Origin: Sodaliphilus sp.
Lineage (GTDB): Bacteria > Bacteroidota > Bacteroidia > Bacteroidales > Muribaculaceae
Length of the DNA stretch: 64,000 nt
Direction of reading: 5' to 3'
Assembly: GCA_045541835.1 (NCBI GenBank)
Contig: JAZQJW010000077.1
Span: 16,770-80,769 of the forward strand
Position numbers and translations under genes: made by a program. Numbering within the stretch: position 1 is the first letter of the stretch; each line of letters begins with the position of its first letter. The notes under the pieces were generated by a model that was given only the letters and a program-made list of their open reading frames with translations, did not search any database and was not told where the DNA came from. Shown here in pieces: positions 38,701 to 46,973 of this stretch.

Positions 38701-39113
38701 TTGGTAGCAGCACCAGTCTTCTCAGCGCGGAATTTAGTAGCAGTAGAAGTAACAACGACCTCACCCAGAGTGTTGGCGTCAACGCTCAAGTCGAAGTCAA
38801 GGTTAGAAGTCTCGGCCAGCTGCAGAGTCACGCCTTCGATGCTGCGGGGCTCGTAGCCGATGTAGGACACGCTGACGGTGTAGGGGCCACCAGGACGCAT
38901 ACCCTGAATGGTGTAACGACCATCCATGTTGGTAACGGCGTTGTACTTGGTGCCTGAGGGCGTGTGCAAAGCGGTGATGGTAGCGCCAATCATCGCCTGC
39001 TGGTTCTCATCGGTCACAACACCCGACAGAGCCGAGGTCGTCACCTGAGCACTCGATGCCAATGCCACAAAGAACATTGCCACCAATGCCAAAAGCTTAA
39101 CTGTTCTCAACAT
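35739..39113 (-). CDS. Large TonB-dependent receptor with an N-terminal CarboxypepD_reg domain, not paired with SusD (Oar-like)
   Basis: Signal peptide; LSGVVTDENQQAMIGATITA; plug and 22-strand-barrel-sized length (1124 aa). The OB-fold lipoprotein gene follows 23 nt downstream. Confidence 0.9.
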   Translation of the reverse strand: MLRTVKLLALVAMFFVALASSAQVTTSALSGVVTDENQQAMIGATITALHTPSGTKYNAVTNMDGRYTIQGMRPGGPYTVSVSYIGYEPRSIEGVTLQLAETSNLDFDLSVDANTLGEVVVTSTATKFRAEKTGAATNINSAQITNLPTVTRNLTDITRLSPYGGNGMSFAGTDGRTANFTVDGANFNNNFGLSDNLPGGGNPISIEAIEELQVVISPYDVRQTNFIGGGVNAITKSGTNKFRGSAYIFHRNENLRGDVVDGTQLGAAAREKDRVTTYGATIGGPIIKDKLFFFVNGEMTKKPTVVNTMSPSTNGVADAERGISRTTFDDLERVSNFVKSKYGYDTGSWTKFPADENNYKILARLDWNINHDHHLALRYNYTKNRYWSNPNGTSMDGGTRMASYRVSQNSFSFANSMYGMDNLVHSFSFDLNSRLSDNLSNQFLATLSKLDDIRASNSSEFPFIDITMTDDAGNRDNYMALGYELFTWNNAVHNTIWNLRDDVTWYYGNHKIMGGLSFEHQMADNQYMRNGTGYYRYRSVDDFINGATPEVVCLTYGYGSETKPAARVQFNKAGIYAQDEWNITKNFKLTYGLRLDGLFFNNGDLLTNNAILALNYYDNKGNERHIDTGKWPNSNLIIQPRVGFSWDVFGNKALKVRGGSGLFSGRLPLVFFTNMPTNGGLVQYQAQLNGNTKVWDGKTGTPTRGFENYTGAYTTDANGNRYIDMSQFAGGLVTENGQATINALRNKLIGMGYPEVVTSDMGTVPSSISAVDPKFKMPMVWKTSLAVDYQIPVSFPFSVTVEGIFNKNINAASISDWAIPSVGGFARFNGVDNRPIYPAGFRTGTKAFVLENTSRGYGWIANVTLNADPTDWLSLMAAYTHTVQKEVTGMPGSAAESAFTYVPTIEGPNNIKLHNSQYVTPDRFILSATGHDHSGNHYGLIYETWRGGYNYSYMMANDMNGDGYNYDAVYIPTDEQVANREFRFVSEGDKTRFMDYVHANNYLKNHQGQYAEAYSLYNPWVHRIDFSYKHDFSLNVSGAKHTLQLLFDVKNVLNLFNSSWGVSKYLNPEIGSDPRILKYEGVDAEGYATFSTPGSINGATKTFVPNKSVGQCWNASIGIKYIFN

Positions 39114-39180
39114 ACAATAATTGATTTTAATGAATTAAAAAATGATGAATTATTAAAAAAATGATTTGTTTGGTTCGGGT

Positions 39181-39235
39181 TTATAAAAATATTTCGCGCC
39201 ACATTGGCGGGTTTCTCCCCATCCATTGTGGCGCG
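39181..39235 (-). promoter_or_regulatory. Terminator-like hairpin inside the long 5' leader of the TonB receptor (possible attenuator)
   Basis: Minus sense: CGCGCCACA(A)TGG...CCA(A)TGTGGCGCG with inner GGG/CCC, followed by AAATATTTTTAT, about 70 nt upstream of the ATG. Confidence 0.5.
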
Positions 39236-39370
39236 CATGTAGCTTAAGGCATTATCCTGCAGTGGGTTATAGAATTGGCTTGCCGCCTCTCCGCTACAAG
39301 ATATCCTGAAAGGTATGCCAAATATAATGCTGATTGACATGTAATAATAAAACCTCTTCAATTTTCGCCG

Positions 39371-39378
39371 CAAAGGTA
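39371..39378 (-). promoter_or_regulatory. -7 box TACCTTTG about 255 nt upstream of the TonB receptor start
   Basis: Exact TAnnTTTG match. A second match, TATATTTG, is at 39321..39328. Confidence 0.45.
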
Positions 39379-39432
39379 CTCATTTTTCCTCATCCGCCAA
39401 GCAACAATCCCAATAAATTTTTCAACATCAAG

Positions 39433-39461
39433 CTAAAAAAAGGGGAACTATTGTTTCCCTC
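39433..39461 (-). terminator. Rho-independent terminator after the dipeptidase gene
   Basis: Minus sense: AGGGAAAcaatagTTCCCCT followed by T7. Confidence 0.7.
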
Positions 39462-39498
39462 ATTTTTTCTTCTAACTCACTCTCCTGTCACATCTCCT

Positions 39499-40275
39499 TT
39501 ACTGCCGCTGCGGGAGGGTGCGGACGGGGAAGTTGAAGTAGGTGTCGGGGAAGGGTTCGTTGTCGAGGCGGAAGTGCCACCACTCGTTGTCGAGGGGGAG
39601 GAAACCGTGGCGCATCATTGCGGTGCGCAAGATCATGCGGTTATAGAATTGCTCGGAGGTGAACGTGGGTACCACCTGCTGGAACTCAAGGGTCTCGGGG
39701 TCGCCGCCGCCAAAGTCGGGATGGCTCTCGATGCCGAACCAGTCGAACGTGCCACCCATGTCAAGTTCCTTGCCTGTCTGCATGTCAAAGAGTGTCAGGT
39801 CGACCGTCGAGCCACGGGAATGACCGCTCTTCTCGGCAACATACTCGCCTTCAAATACCTGTTTCTTGGTCAAGCGGGGATAGAAATAGGCCTTGGTAAT
39901 CGTGTCGGTCTCGTCGAGGGCCCAGCGCAGGAAGTGGTCCACACCGCGCTGCGGACGGTAGGCGTCATAGATTTTCAGACGGTAGCCGTGGCGCTTGAGG
40001 TCGTCGCTGACGGCGCGCAGGCTGTCGGCCGCCTGACGTGTCATCAGGGCGACAGGCTCCTCGTAACCATCGATGCGCGCGCCCACAAAGTTGTAGGTGC
40101 TGTAATAACGGATTTCAAGAATTGCGTCGGGCACCACGTCGGTGATATTGACAAACTGGCTGCTGTCCATTGTCTTATCCTTGACCTGCACGCCATTCTG
40201 CACGCTTTTACATGACGTCAGCAAGCCACAGCTCATGGCCAGAACCAAGGTTGTTAGATAGATGTACTTCTTCAT
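39499..40275 (-). CDS. ddpX: D-alanyl-D-alanine dipeptidase (peptidase M15D, VanX/DdpX family)
   Basis: Lipoprotein signal; IYDAYRPQRGVDHF; SGHSRGSTVDLTL; EWWHF. Confidence 0.85.
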   Translation of the reverse strand: MKKYIYLTTLVLAMSCGLLTSCKSVQNGVQVKDKTMDSSQFVNITDVVPDAILEIRYYSTYNFVGARIDGYEEPVALMTRQAADSLRAVSDDLKRHGYRLKIYDAYRPQRGVDHFLRWALDETDTITKAYFYPRLTKKQVFEGEYVAEKSGHSRGSTVDLTLFDMQTGKELDMGGTFDWFGIESHPDFGGGDPETLEFQQVVPTFTSEQFYNRMILRTAMMRHGFLPLDNEWWHFRLDNEPFPDTYFNFPVRTLPQRQ

Positions 40276-40414
40276 ATTTTCAGAGTTACGGGTTAATATC
40301 TGGGTGACAAAAATACAAAATATCTGTCATCTCCAACACAAAACGGTCCATGTTTCTCCTCGGCGACACCTTGAGAATGGCCAGCCCGGGCTGCTGATGG
40401 AGTGGCAGCGGTGA

Positions 40415-42280
40415 TCAGAATTTCACTTCCTCAACACCGTCAATCTTCTTGATGCGCTCCAAGATGCGCTTCAGGTCATAGGAGGAGCGAACACCAAAGG
40501 CAATGGTACACTCGACGATGCCATCGGAAGTGTCGATTGACAACTTGTCCATCGACAGGCGCAACTCGCTGGTGATGCAGTCAATCAGGTCACCAAGCAG
40601 ACGGTAGCGGTCGATGGCGATGACCCGCACCGAGGCGGGATAGAGGATGCTGTCGGTGGGGGTGAAGTCCACCTCGACAATGGAGTCGCCATGCTGGGTG
40701 GCCAGGCTGATGGCACGGGGACAGTTGCGCTTGTGAACAGTGATGGTGCCGTCAGGCTCCTTGAAGCCGGCGACCTCATCCCCGGGGATAGGAAGGCACA
40801 ATGGGCAGCGATTGTATTGCGATTTCGCCAGTTTGGCCTGTTGTCGCTTGAGGGCCCGACGTGCTCTCGAAGTCTTCACGCGCACGACCCATGAAGGGTC
40901 GGCCTTCAATGCCTCGCCCGACTTGATTTCCACCACATCGCCGCGCTGCAGTTCGGTCATCACCGACGCCAACCGCCCGTTGACAAAGGCATAGCGGGCC
41001 TTCTCACCAATCTGGCTGTGAATCTTGAAGGCGAAATCCAGGGCCGTAGCGCCCTTGGGCAACCTGATGGGGTCACCTGTCGGGGTGAACACCATGATGT
41101 CGTCGTTATAGAAGGATGACACCACATCCTCGATGAAGTTTCCGTCCTGCAGATGATTCTCGATGTCGTGCAGTTCCTTGCTGAACGTGTCAATCCAGCT
41201 GACGATGCCGCCTTTCTTGAACTGCGCGACACAACCGATCTGGGAATGCAGCGCCATGCGCTCGCTGCTGATGTGCACTTCCTCCCAGCAGCCCGAGTCG
41301 GACAGCAGTTGGAGGTGGAAACTCTGATAGCCGTTCTCCTTGGGTGAGTCGATGTAGTTGATGATGCTGTGAGGTTTCTCCTTGAATTCACTCGTCAACC
41401 AGGCATAGGCCTTGAGCGCCAAGCGTTTCTCCTGAGACTGGTCGTCACAGGCATACACGATTTCGATGTAATGACGGTCAGGCAGGTGGTTGAAATCCAG
41501 ATGGTCGCGTCGCCTCTTGCGCCACAGTGCATAAGGCCTGCGATACTCCACAACCACGCGGGCCTCAATGTCGGCATCCTCTAGCAAGTGGGCAATCTTG
41601 TCAACAAAGGCATAAATGCGCTCGCTGTGAATCTCCTTGTCGTTGAGGATGGCCGCCTCGATTTCGCCATACTCTTTAGGGCAACGGTAGCGCAGACTGA
41701 GGTTCTCCAATTCTATCTTGATGTTGTAAAGTCCCAGGCGGTTGGCCAGCGGTGCATAGAAATAGTCGGTCTCGCCGGCGATTTTCATCTGTTTGTGGGG
41801 CGGCATGCTCTCCAAGGTGCGCATGTTGTGCAGCCTGTCGGCCAATTTCACCAGCAAGGGCCTGATGTCGGAATGGATGGAATGAAGCATCTGCCTGAAA
41901 TTGTCGAGCTGCTTGGACATCTCATACTTCTCCTTGTTCTGCTTTGTCACGGTCTGGACAATCATCATCACATCGCTGCCGAAGCGTTGCCCGATTTCAT
42001 CGATAGTGATGGGTGTGTCCTCAACCACATCGTGCAAGAAGGCGGCAATCACCGAGTCGGCATCCAGCATCATCTCGCAAGCCACAATAATAGCCACCGC
42101 AATCGGGTGCATGATGTAAGGTTGTCCCGACTTGCGCCACTGGTCGGCATGAGCCTTACAGGCAAAATCAAAGGCGTCGCGTATCCTGGCCATATCAGCC
42201 TCCGAGACCCTGCTCTCCATTGCAGCAAAGACGGCCTCGGCGCCAGTTATAATTTGTTCATCGTAGTTATTTTCCATCAT
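40415..42280 (-). CDS. RelA/SpoT-homolog (p)ppGpp synthetase/hydrolase with TGS and ACT-like domains
   Basis: HD domain (HPIAVAIIVA...FLHDVVEDT); synthetase motifs (RRPYALWRK, GYQSFHLQL); TGS (VFTPTGDPIRLPKGATALDFAF). Confidence 0.9.
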   Translation of the reverse strand: MMENNYDEQIITGAEAVFAAMESRVSEADMARIRDAFDFACKAHADQWRKSGQPYIMHPIAVAIIVACEMMLDADSVIAAFLHDVVEDTPITIDEIGQRFGSDVMMIVQTVTKQNKEKYEMSKQLDNFRQMLHSIHSDIRPLLVKLADRLHNMRTLESMPPHKQMKIAGETDYFYAPLANRLGLYNIKIELENLSLRYRCPKEYGEIEAAILNDKEIHSERIYAFVDKIAHLLEDADIEARVVVEYRRPYALWRKRRRDHLDFNHLPDRHYIEIVYACDDQSQEKRLALKAYAWLTSEFKEKPHSIINYIDSPKENGYQSFHLQLLSDSGCWEEVHISSERMALHSQIGCVAQFKKGGIVSWIDTFSKELHDIENHLQDGNFIEDVVSSFYNDDIMVFTPTGDPIRLPKGATALDFAFKIHSQIGEKARYAFVNGRLASVMTELQRGDVVEIKSGEALKADPSWVVRVKTSRARRALKRQQAKLAKSQYNRCPLCLPIPGDEVAGFKEPDGTITVHKRNCPRAISLATQHGDSIVEVDFTPTDSILYPASVRVIAIDRYRLLGDLIDCITSELRLSMDKLSIDTSDGIVECTIAFGVRSSYDLKRILERIKKIDGVEEVKF

Positions 42281-42296
42281 AATCCTCCCATCTTGA

Positions 42297-42327
42297 TAAA
42301 AAAAACCTCATTAATTGGAAATGAGGT
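42297..42327 (-). terminator. Hairpin plus T8 immediately upstream of the RSH start, overlapping a TATATTTG box (42329..42336)
   Basis: Minus sense: ACCTCATT tccaatt AATGAGGT followed by TTTTTTTT. Confidence 0.5.
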
Positions 42328-42449
42328 ACAAATATAGGGCACATTTTCAAGATAGCCAACGCCGAGGCACAAAAATGTCTCGGCGCCGGCCACTTTAAAT
42401 CAATCACTCACGTTCACCGGCATTGATGTTGACGTGATGTTGAGTTCAC

Positions 42450-42638
42450 TTAATCGTTGTTTTCCGCACTGTCGCCCTTGTGCTTGGTCTTGCGGGTGTA
42501 GGTCTTCTTGGAGCGGTGGACGCGGTGGGCCGAGTGGAAACCGGGACCGAGCAGTTCCTGCTCGCCCTCACGGCTGCCGCGACGCATCGCCTTCAGGGCA
42601 TCCAAGTTGATGGGCTGTTTCTTCTTTTTACGTTTCAT
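42450..42638 (-). CDS. Small highly basic hypothetical protein (62 aa)
   Basis: ATG at 42638, 5 nt after the upstream stop. MKRKKKKQPINLD...; no family recognised. Confidence 0.4.
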   Translation of the reverse strand: MKRKKKKQPINLDALKAMRRGSREGEQELLGPGFHSAHRVHRSKKTYTRKTKHKGDSAENND

Positions 42639-42643
42639 CGCTA

Positions 42644-43036
42644 TTACTGTTGCAATGCCTTGACAAACTCCTTGGGCAAGATGATGTTCTCCACCTCCAG
42701 CGCTGCGGCAAACAGTGGCGCGATTTCCTTGTCGCGGAAGCCTGCGATGCCGCACCCGATGCGGGTCACCAGGAACTTCAACTCACCATGCTGCTTGGCA
42801 AAGTCGATGAACTCGTCGACATAGGGCTTAATGGTCTCTACCCCACCCTGCATCGTCGGGATGGCATAGCTCTGTCCCTGCAGACCGACACCCTGTCCCC
42901 ACACGGCGCCAAAACGGTTCATCGCAGCACGAGCCGCACCTCCACCATGGAAGCCAGCCAAATTGCTGCCAAACACAAACACTTCATTCTCGTTTAATTC
43001 ATTGATCATTCCGGGTGTGAACTCTCTGTTATACAT
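42644..43036 (-). CDS. Rossmann-like SLOG/DprA-LOG-type protein (resembles the A1S_2505-type family)
   Basis: VFVFGSNLAGFHGGGAARAA and QGQSYAIPT motifs. Start set at MYNREF (ATG 43036). Confidence 0.55.
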   Translation of the reverse strand: MYNREFTPGMINELNENEVFVFGSNLAGFHGGGAARAAMNRFGAVWGQGVGLQGQSYAIPTMQGGVETIKPYVDEFIDFAKQHGELKFLVTRIGCGIAGFRDKEIAPLFAAALEVENIILPKEFVKALQQ

Positions 43037-43379
43037 AATCTTCGGGTTTTCTTTTAATGATTGCTTATTGAGAATAAAAACTGCAAAAACCATGCCAAAT
43101 GACCCATCAGTTTTGGCCATTTCGCTCCATGGTAAGATAACCGAATACCGCACTGTATAAAAAGGAATTCAACCATGCCGACCATAGCGCCCGGAAAGTA
43201 TTAAAAAATATTAAAATCTGGATAATAAAATGGATAATTCCTCAAAATGGGATAACTTTGTGATGGTTCAGTAATGGCTTCTGTGGGGTGCGCCTCATGG
43301 AATCATTCACACGTGCCAACAGGTATATCACAAAACCTCCTATAGAAACATAACAACTTAAAAATCAATCAATACAACT

Positions 43380-44729
43380 ATGGCACTGATACAATGTAGC
43401 GAATGCGGACAAATGATCTCAGACAAGGCCGTAACTTGTCCCAACTGTGGTAATCCGATGGTAGTCAGCGGTACCGATGAGCAGGAAGCGACAATCATGA
43501 GGCCTGGCACCTATCCCGAACCGCGTTATTACGAAAACAATGAGGAACAACCCAAGCGCATCAATCCCTGGCTGATAGCCGCTATCGTTGCCGGCGTACT
43601 GGCCCTGCTGGCAGGGGGCTACTGGTTGTTAAGCGGCAATAACAGCGAGAAGAAGGTGAAAGAACTCCTGGAGAGACTGTCACAGGCCGCCAACTCCAAT
43701 GACCGCTCCACCCTCGAGAGCATCTATCCCGATGCCCGCTATGCCGAAACGCTGAAGTTCACCTATCACCCCGAAGGTACCACCATCGTGCCTAATGCCC
43801 AGGAAGACACCATCATCGTGAAATTCAATGATGGCACCGACCTTACGGTTGCCGGCAAGGATGACCTGCGCGTCATCTCGTCACACGGCCTATTTGTCTG
43901 GCCACAGGCGAATCTGGAATTCGCTAAAGGCACCGGATGGTTAGACGAGAAACTCACCGATGTAGAAAACAGTCACAGAATGGCCCACAAGGACTTTCCT
44001 CAATACCTGCTCGAGCAATTCAATGAGAATCTCAAGAAAGGGTTGAAACTCACAAACAAACAGACCTACGGTGACCAATACATTGACGACAATCATGAAG
44101 ATTGGGCGTGTGCCGATGGCTGGATTTTCACGGTCAGCAACAACACCCCCTACGATATACCGGCGTCGGCCTATTCCATCACCGTCAAGAGCGGATACTG
44201 GGGCGGCGGAAAAATGGCCACTGAAATTGTGCCAGGTCAGGATATCCAATCGGGTGGAACAGTCACACTGCGCACGCGCACGCAAGCCATCGCTCCCAAC
44301 CTCGAAACAGACGGCAGCGAAACGCTCGTTGTCAAGGGCTTGACGATGGAGGAGTTCATGTCACAATACCATCCTACGGGCAATGAATACAAGGACTACC
44401 TGGCTAAGCATGGCGCGGTGACGCAAAGTGCCGAAACACTGGATTTTGTCCTCGAGGGCGTGATGGGCGGTTGCGGTGCTCGCCTCACACACAACACCGA
44501 TGCCCACAAATACTTGCAGTACAATCCAAACGGGAAGTCATTGGACTACCTTTCAGAGGAACGTGACGTGTCAATCACCACCTACGAGCCATCGACAGGT
44601 CACCTGGTGATGCAAGTGATGAACGGCTACACAAAAACAGGTGTGCTGGACGGCATCTACAAGAACGGCACCTACACAGGACAGTTCAAATCGGTGAACG
44701 GATCATCGTCGGCCTTCTCGTTCAAGTAA
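43380..44729 (+). CDS. Zinc-ribbon, single-TM hypothetical protein
   Basis: MALIQCSECGQMISDKAVTCPNCGNPM (CxxC...CxxC); TM helix WLIAAIVAGVLALLAGGYWLL; TAACTTTG -7 box at 43253..43260. Confidence 0.7.
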   Translation: MALIQCSECGQMISDKAVTCPNCGNPMVVSGTDEQEATIMRPGTYPEPRYYENNEEQPKRINPWLIAAIVAGVLALLAGGYWLLSGNNSEKKVKELLERLSQAANSNDRSTLESIYPDARYAETLKFTYHPEGTTIVPNAQEDTIIVKFNDGTDLTVAGKDDLRVISSHGLFVWPQANLEFAKGTGWLDEKLTDVENSHRMAHKDFPQYLLEQFNENLKKGLKLTNKQTYGDQYIDDNHEDWACADGWIFTVSNNTPYDIPASAYSITVKSGYWGGGKMATEIVPGQDIQSGGTVTLRTRTQAIAPNLETDGSETLVVKGLTMEEFMSQYHPTGNEYKDYLAKHGAVTQSAETLDFVLEGVMGGCGARLTHNTDAHKYLQYNPNGKSLDYLSEERDVSITTYEPSTGHLVMQVMNGYTKTGVLDGIYKNGTYTGQFKSVNGSSSAFSFK

Positions 44730-44771
44730 ATATACCGGCGACGGTGTAGCCGCCGTCCACATAACAATTCA

Positions 44772-44813
44772 AAGGGCGGGCAACCCAGATTGTGGTTGCC
44801 CGCCCTTCTTTTT
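44772..44813. terminator. Bidirectional terminator between convergent genes
   Basis: GGGCGGGCAACC/GGTTGCCCGCCC 12-bp stem flanked by a T/A run. Confidence 0.8.
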
Positions 44814-44830
44814 GCTATCAAGGAAGTGAT

Positions 44831-45847
44831 TTACTTCTCGAGTTCCTTCTTGATGCGCTCGGTCAACATGGGAACAATCTTGTGGAGGTCGCCCACGATA
44901 CCCAGGTCAGCGACACTGAAGATGGGAGCGAACTTGTCCTTGTTGATGGCGATGATGAAATCGCTCTCCTCCATACCGGCGAGGTGCTGGATGGCACCGC
45001 TGATACCGCAAGCCATATAGAGGTTGGGGCGAACGGTCTTACCGGTCTGACCCACCTGGCACTCGTGAGGCATCACGCCGTTGTCAACCATGGCGCGTGA
45101 CGAAGCCACCTGCCCGCCGAGGACGTCGGCAAGAGCCTGCAGTTTGTCGAAACCTTCCTTGTCATGAACACCGCGGCCACCGCTGACGAGGATCTTGGCC
45201 TCGGCGATGTCGGCCATCTGCTTGTCGGCCTTGATGGTCTTGACGAGTTTCACCTTGAACTTGCTGGCGTCGAACTGGGGAGCGAACTCGGTAACGAGAC
45301 CCTCACGGCCTGCCTGACGCTGCATCTTCTGCATCACACCGGGGCGCACGGTCGACATCTGCGGACGGTTGTTCGGGCAGATGATGGTAGCCATCAGGTT
45401 ACCGCCAAAGGCGGGACGCGTCATGCGGAATTCGGGTTCGTTGTTAGCGTCGGGCTCAATTTCGAGCTTGGTGCAGTCGGCAGTCAGACCCGTCTTGAGT
45501 CTCGAAGCGATGCGGGGAGCCAAGTCACGGCCGATGGTCGTGGCACCATAGAGCACGATGCTGGGCTTGCGCTCGGTGATAATCTGGCCAACAGCCTGGG
45601 AATACTGTTCGCTGAGGAAGTCCTTCAACTCGGGAGCGTCAACGACGATGACCTCATCGGCTCCAAACTCAATGAGCATTTGGGCCTGGTCCTTGATGCC
45701 TTGACCAAGGAGCATGGCTACCACCTTCTCGCCGAGTGCATCGGCCAAGTCGCGTGCCTTACCTAAAAGTTCGAGTGCAACGGGCTGGATGACACCTTCG
45801 CGCTGCTCAGCAAAAACGAATACGTTCTTATAATCTTTCTTATCCAT
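44831..45847 (-). CDS. etfA: Electron-transfer flavoprotein alpha subunit
   Basis: 338 aa; FAD-binding region ACGISGAIQHLAGM; follows etfB. Confidence 0.95.
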   Translation of the reverse strand: MDKKDYKNVFVFAEQREGVIQPVALELLGKARDLADALGEKVVAMLLGQGIKDQAQMLIEFGADEVIVVDAPELKDFLSEQYSQAVGQIITERKPSIVLYGATTIGRDLAPRIASRLKTGLTADCTKLEIEPDANNEPEFRMTRPAFGGNLMATIICPNNRPQMSTVRPGVMQKMQRQAGREGLVTEFAPQFDASKFKVKLVKTIKADKQMADIAEAKILVSGGRGVHDKEGFDKLQALADVLGGQVASSRAMVDNGVMPHECQVGQTGKTVRPNLYMACGISGAIQHLAGMEESDFIIAINKDKFAPIFSVADLGIVGDLHKIVPMLTERIKKELEK

Positions 45848-45867
45848 AATATTCAGTTTTAAGTTTT

Positions 45868-46015
45868 TAGTTTTTAGTTGTAAGTATTTTTCCTAGTTTT
45901 AAGTTTTTGGTTTTTAGTTGTAAGTATGATTTGTATCGCCTGGAAATGGTAATATTACTTAAAACTCACAACTTAAAACTTACAACTTAAATACTTAAAA
46001 CTCACAACTTAAAAC
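45868..46015. repeat. Palindromic heptad-repeat intergenic element, copy 1 (etfB-etfA spacer)
   Basis: 148 nt. Identical to 46833..46973 apart from one substitution and one 7-nt (tcacaac) indel. The arms are AAGTTTT-type and AAAACTT-type heptads around a tatcgcctgg core. Confidence 0.9.
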
Positions 46016-46026
46016 TTAAAACTCAT

Positions 46027-46809
46027 TTAGATAATGTGTTTAACTTTCAGTTGATTAACAATCAGCTCAACAGCCTCCTCGGGGGTCACCTCATGTACCT
46101 CGCCGGGAGCCTTCATGGCCTTGGGGAACGACTTGAACACCTTGGTGGGCGAGCCGGCGAGACCCAGCTTGCCTTCCTCGACATCAATCTTGTCGGCGCT
46201 CCAAACCTCAACTTCCTTGTCATAGGCCTCCATGATGCCGCTGACACTCATGTAGCGAGGCTCAAAAGCCGAAGCGAGTACCGTCAAGAGGCACTTGCCC
46301 TCGACCTCGAGAACCTGTACGCCGTCCTCGTTCTCCTTGTCCACCTGCAGGTTACCGTTGTCAAGCACCTTGGCATCGGCAACATAGGTAATCTGGGGCA
46401 GACCTAGATGCTCGGCGAGCTCGGGACCCACCTGTGCGGTGTCACCATCGATAGCCTGACGGCCAGCAATAATGATGTCATAGTCCAGCACGCGGCACAA
46501 GCCGGAAAGTGCGTAGGAAGTTGCCAGCGTATCGGCGCCGGCAAATTTGCGGTCACTCAACAGGATGGCACGATCAGCACCCATAGCGAGGGCCTCACGC
46601 AGCATGACGTCGGCTTGGGGAGGACCCATCGAGATAACGGTGACGTTAGCGCCCAGTTGGTCCTTCAGTCTCAAAGCGAGTTCCAGACCACCCTTATCAT
46701 CGGGGTTCATAATGCTGGGAACGCCTTCACGAATCAAAGTACCCTTCACGGGGTCAATCTTGACAACGGTGGTATCGGGAACTTGTTTTACACAAACTAT
46801 AATATTCAT
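46027..46809 (-). CDS. etfB: Electron-transfer flavoprotein beta subunit
   Basis: MNIIVCVKQVPDT..., 260 aa. Confidence 0.95.
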   Translation of the reverse strand: MNIIVCVKQVPDTTVVKIDPVKGTLIREGVPSIMNPDDKGGLELALRLKDQLGANVTVISMGPPQADVMLREALAMGADRAILLSDRKFAGADTLATSYALSGLCRVLDYDIIIAGRQAIDGDTAQVGPELAEHLGLPQITYVADAKVLDNGNLQVDKENEDGVQVLEVEGKCLLTVLASAFEPRYMSVSGIMEAYDKEVEVWSADKIDVEEGKLGLAGSPTKVFKSFPKAMKAPGEVHEVTPEEAVELIVNQLKVKHII

Positions 46810-46832
46810 TGTTCTTTCTAGTTTTTAGTTTT

Positions 46833-46973
46833 TAGTTTTTAGTTGTAAGTATTTTTCCTAGTTTTAAGTTTTTGGTTTTTAGTTGTAAGTATGATTTGTA
46901 TCGCCTGAAAATGGTAATATTACTTAAAACTTAAAACTTACAACTTAAATACTTAAAACTCACAACTTAAAAC
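46833..46973. repeat. Palindromic heptad-repeat intergenic element, copy 2 (bcd-etfB spacer)
   Basis: See 45868..46015. Confidence 0.9.

Noticed and set aside
39240-39330. Cobalamin riboswitch in the TonB-receptor leader, because of ...AACCCACTGCAGG... (B12-box-like CCACTG).
   Set aside because: Only that short stretch resembles the B12 box. The other conserved cobalamin-riboswitch segments are not visible, and the receptor is not BtuB-sized. I kept it only as a generic structured leader.
43220-43255. Three direct GGATAA repeats upstream of the zinc-ribbon gene as an operator array.
   Set aside because: The hexamers are short and irregularly spaced (12 and 18 nt) in AT-rich DNA. This could easily arise by chance.
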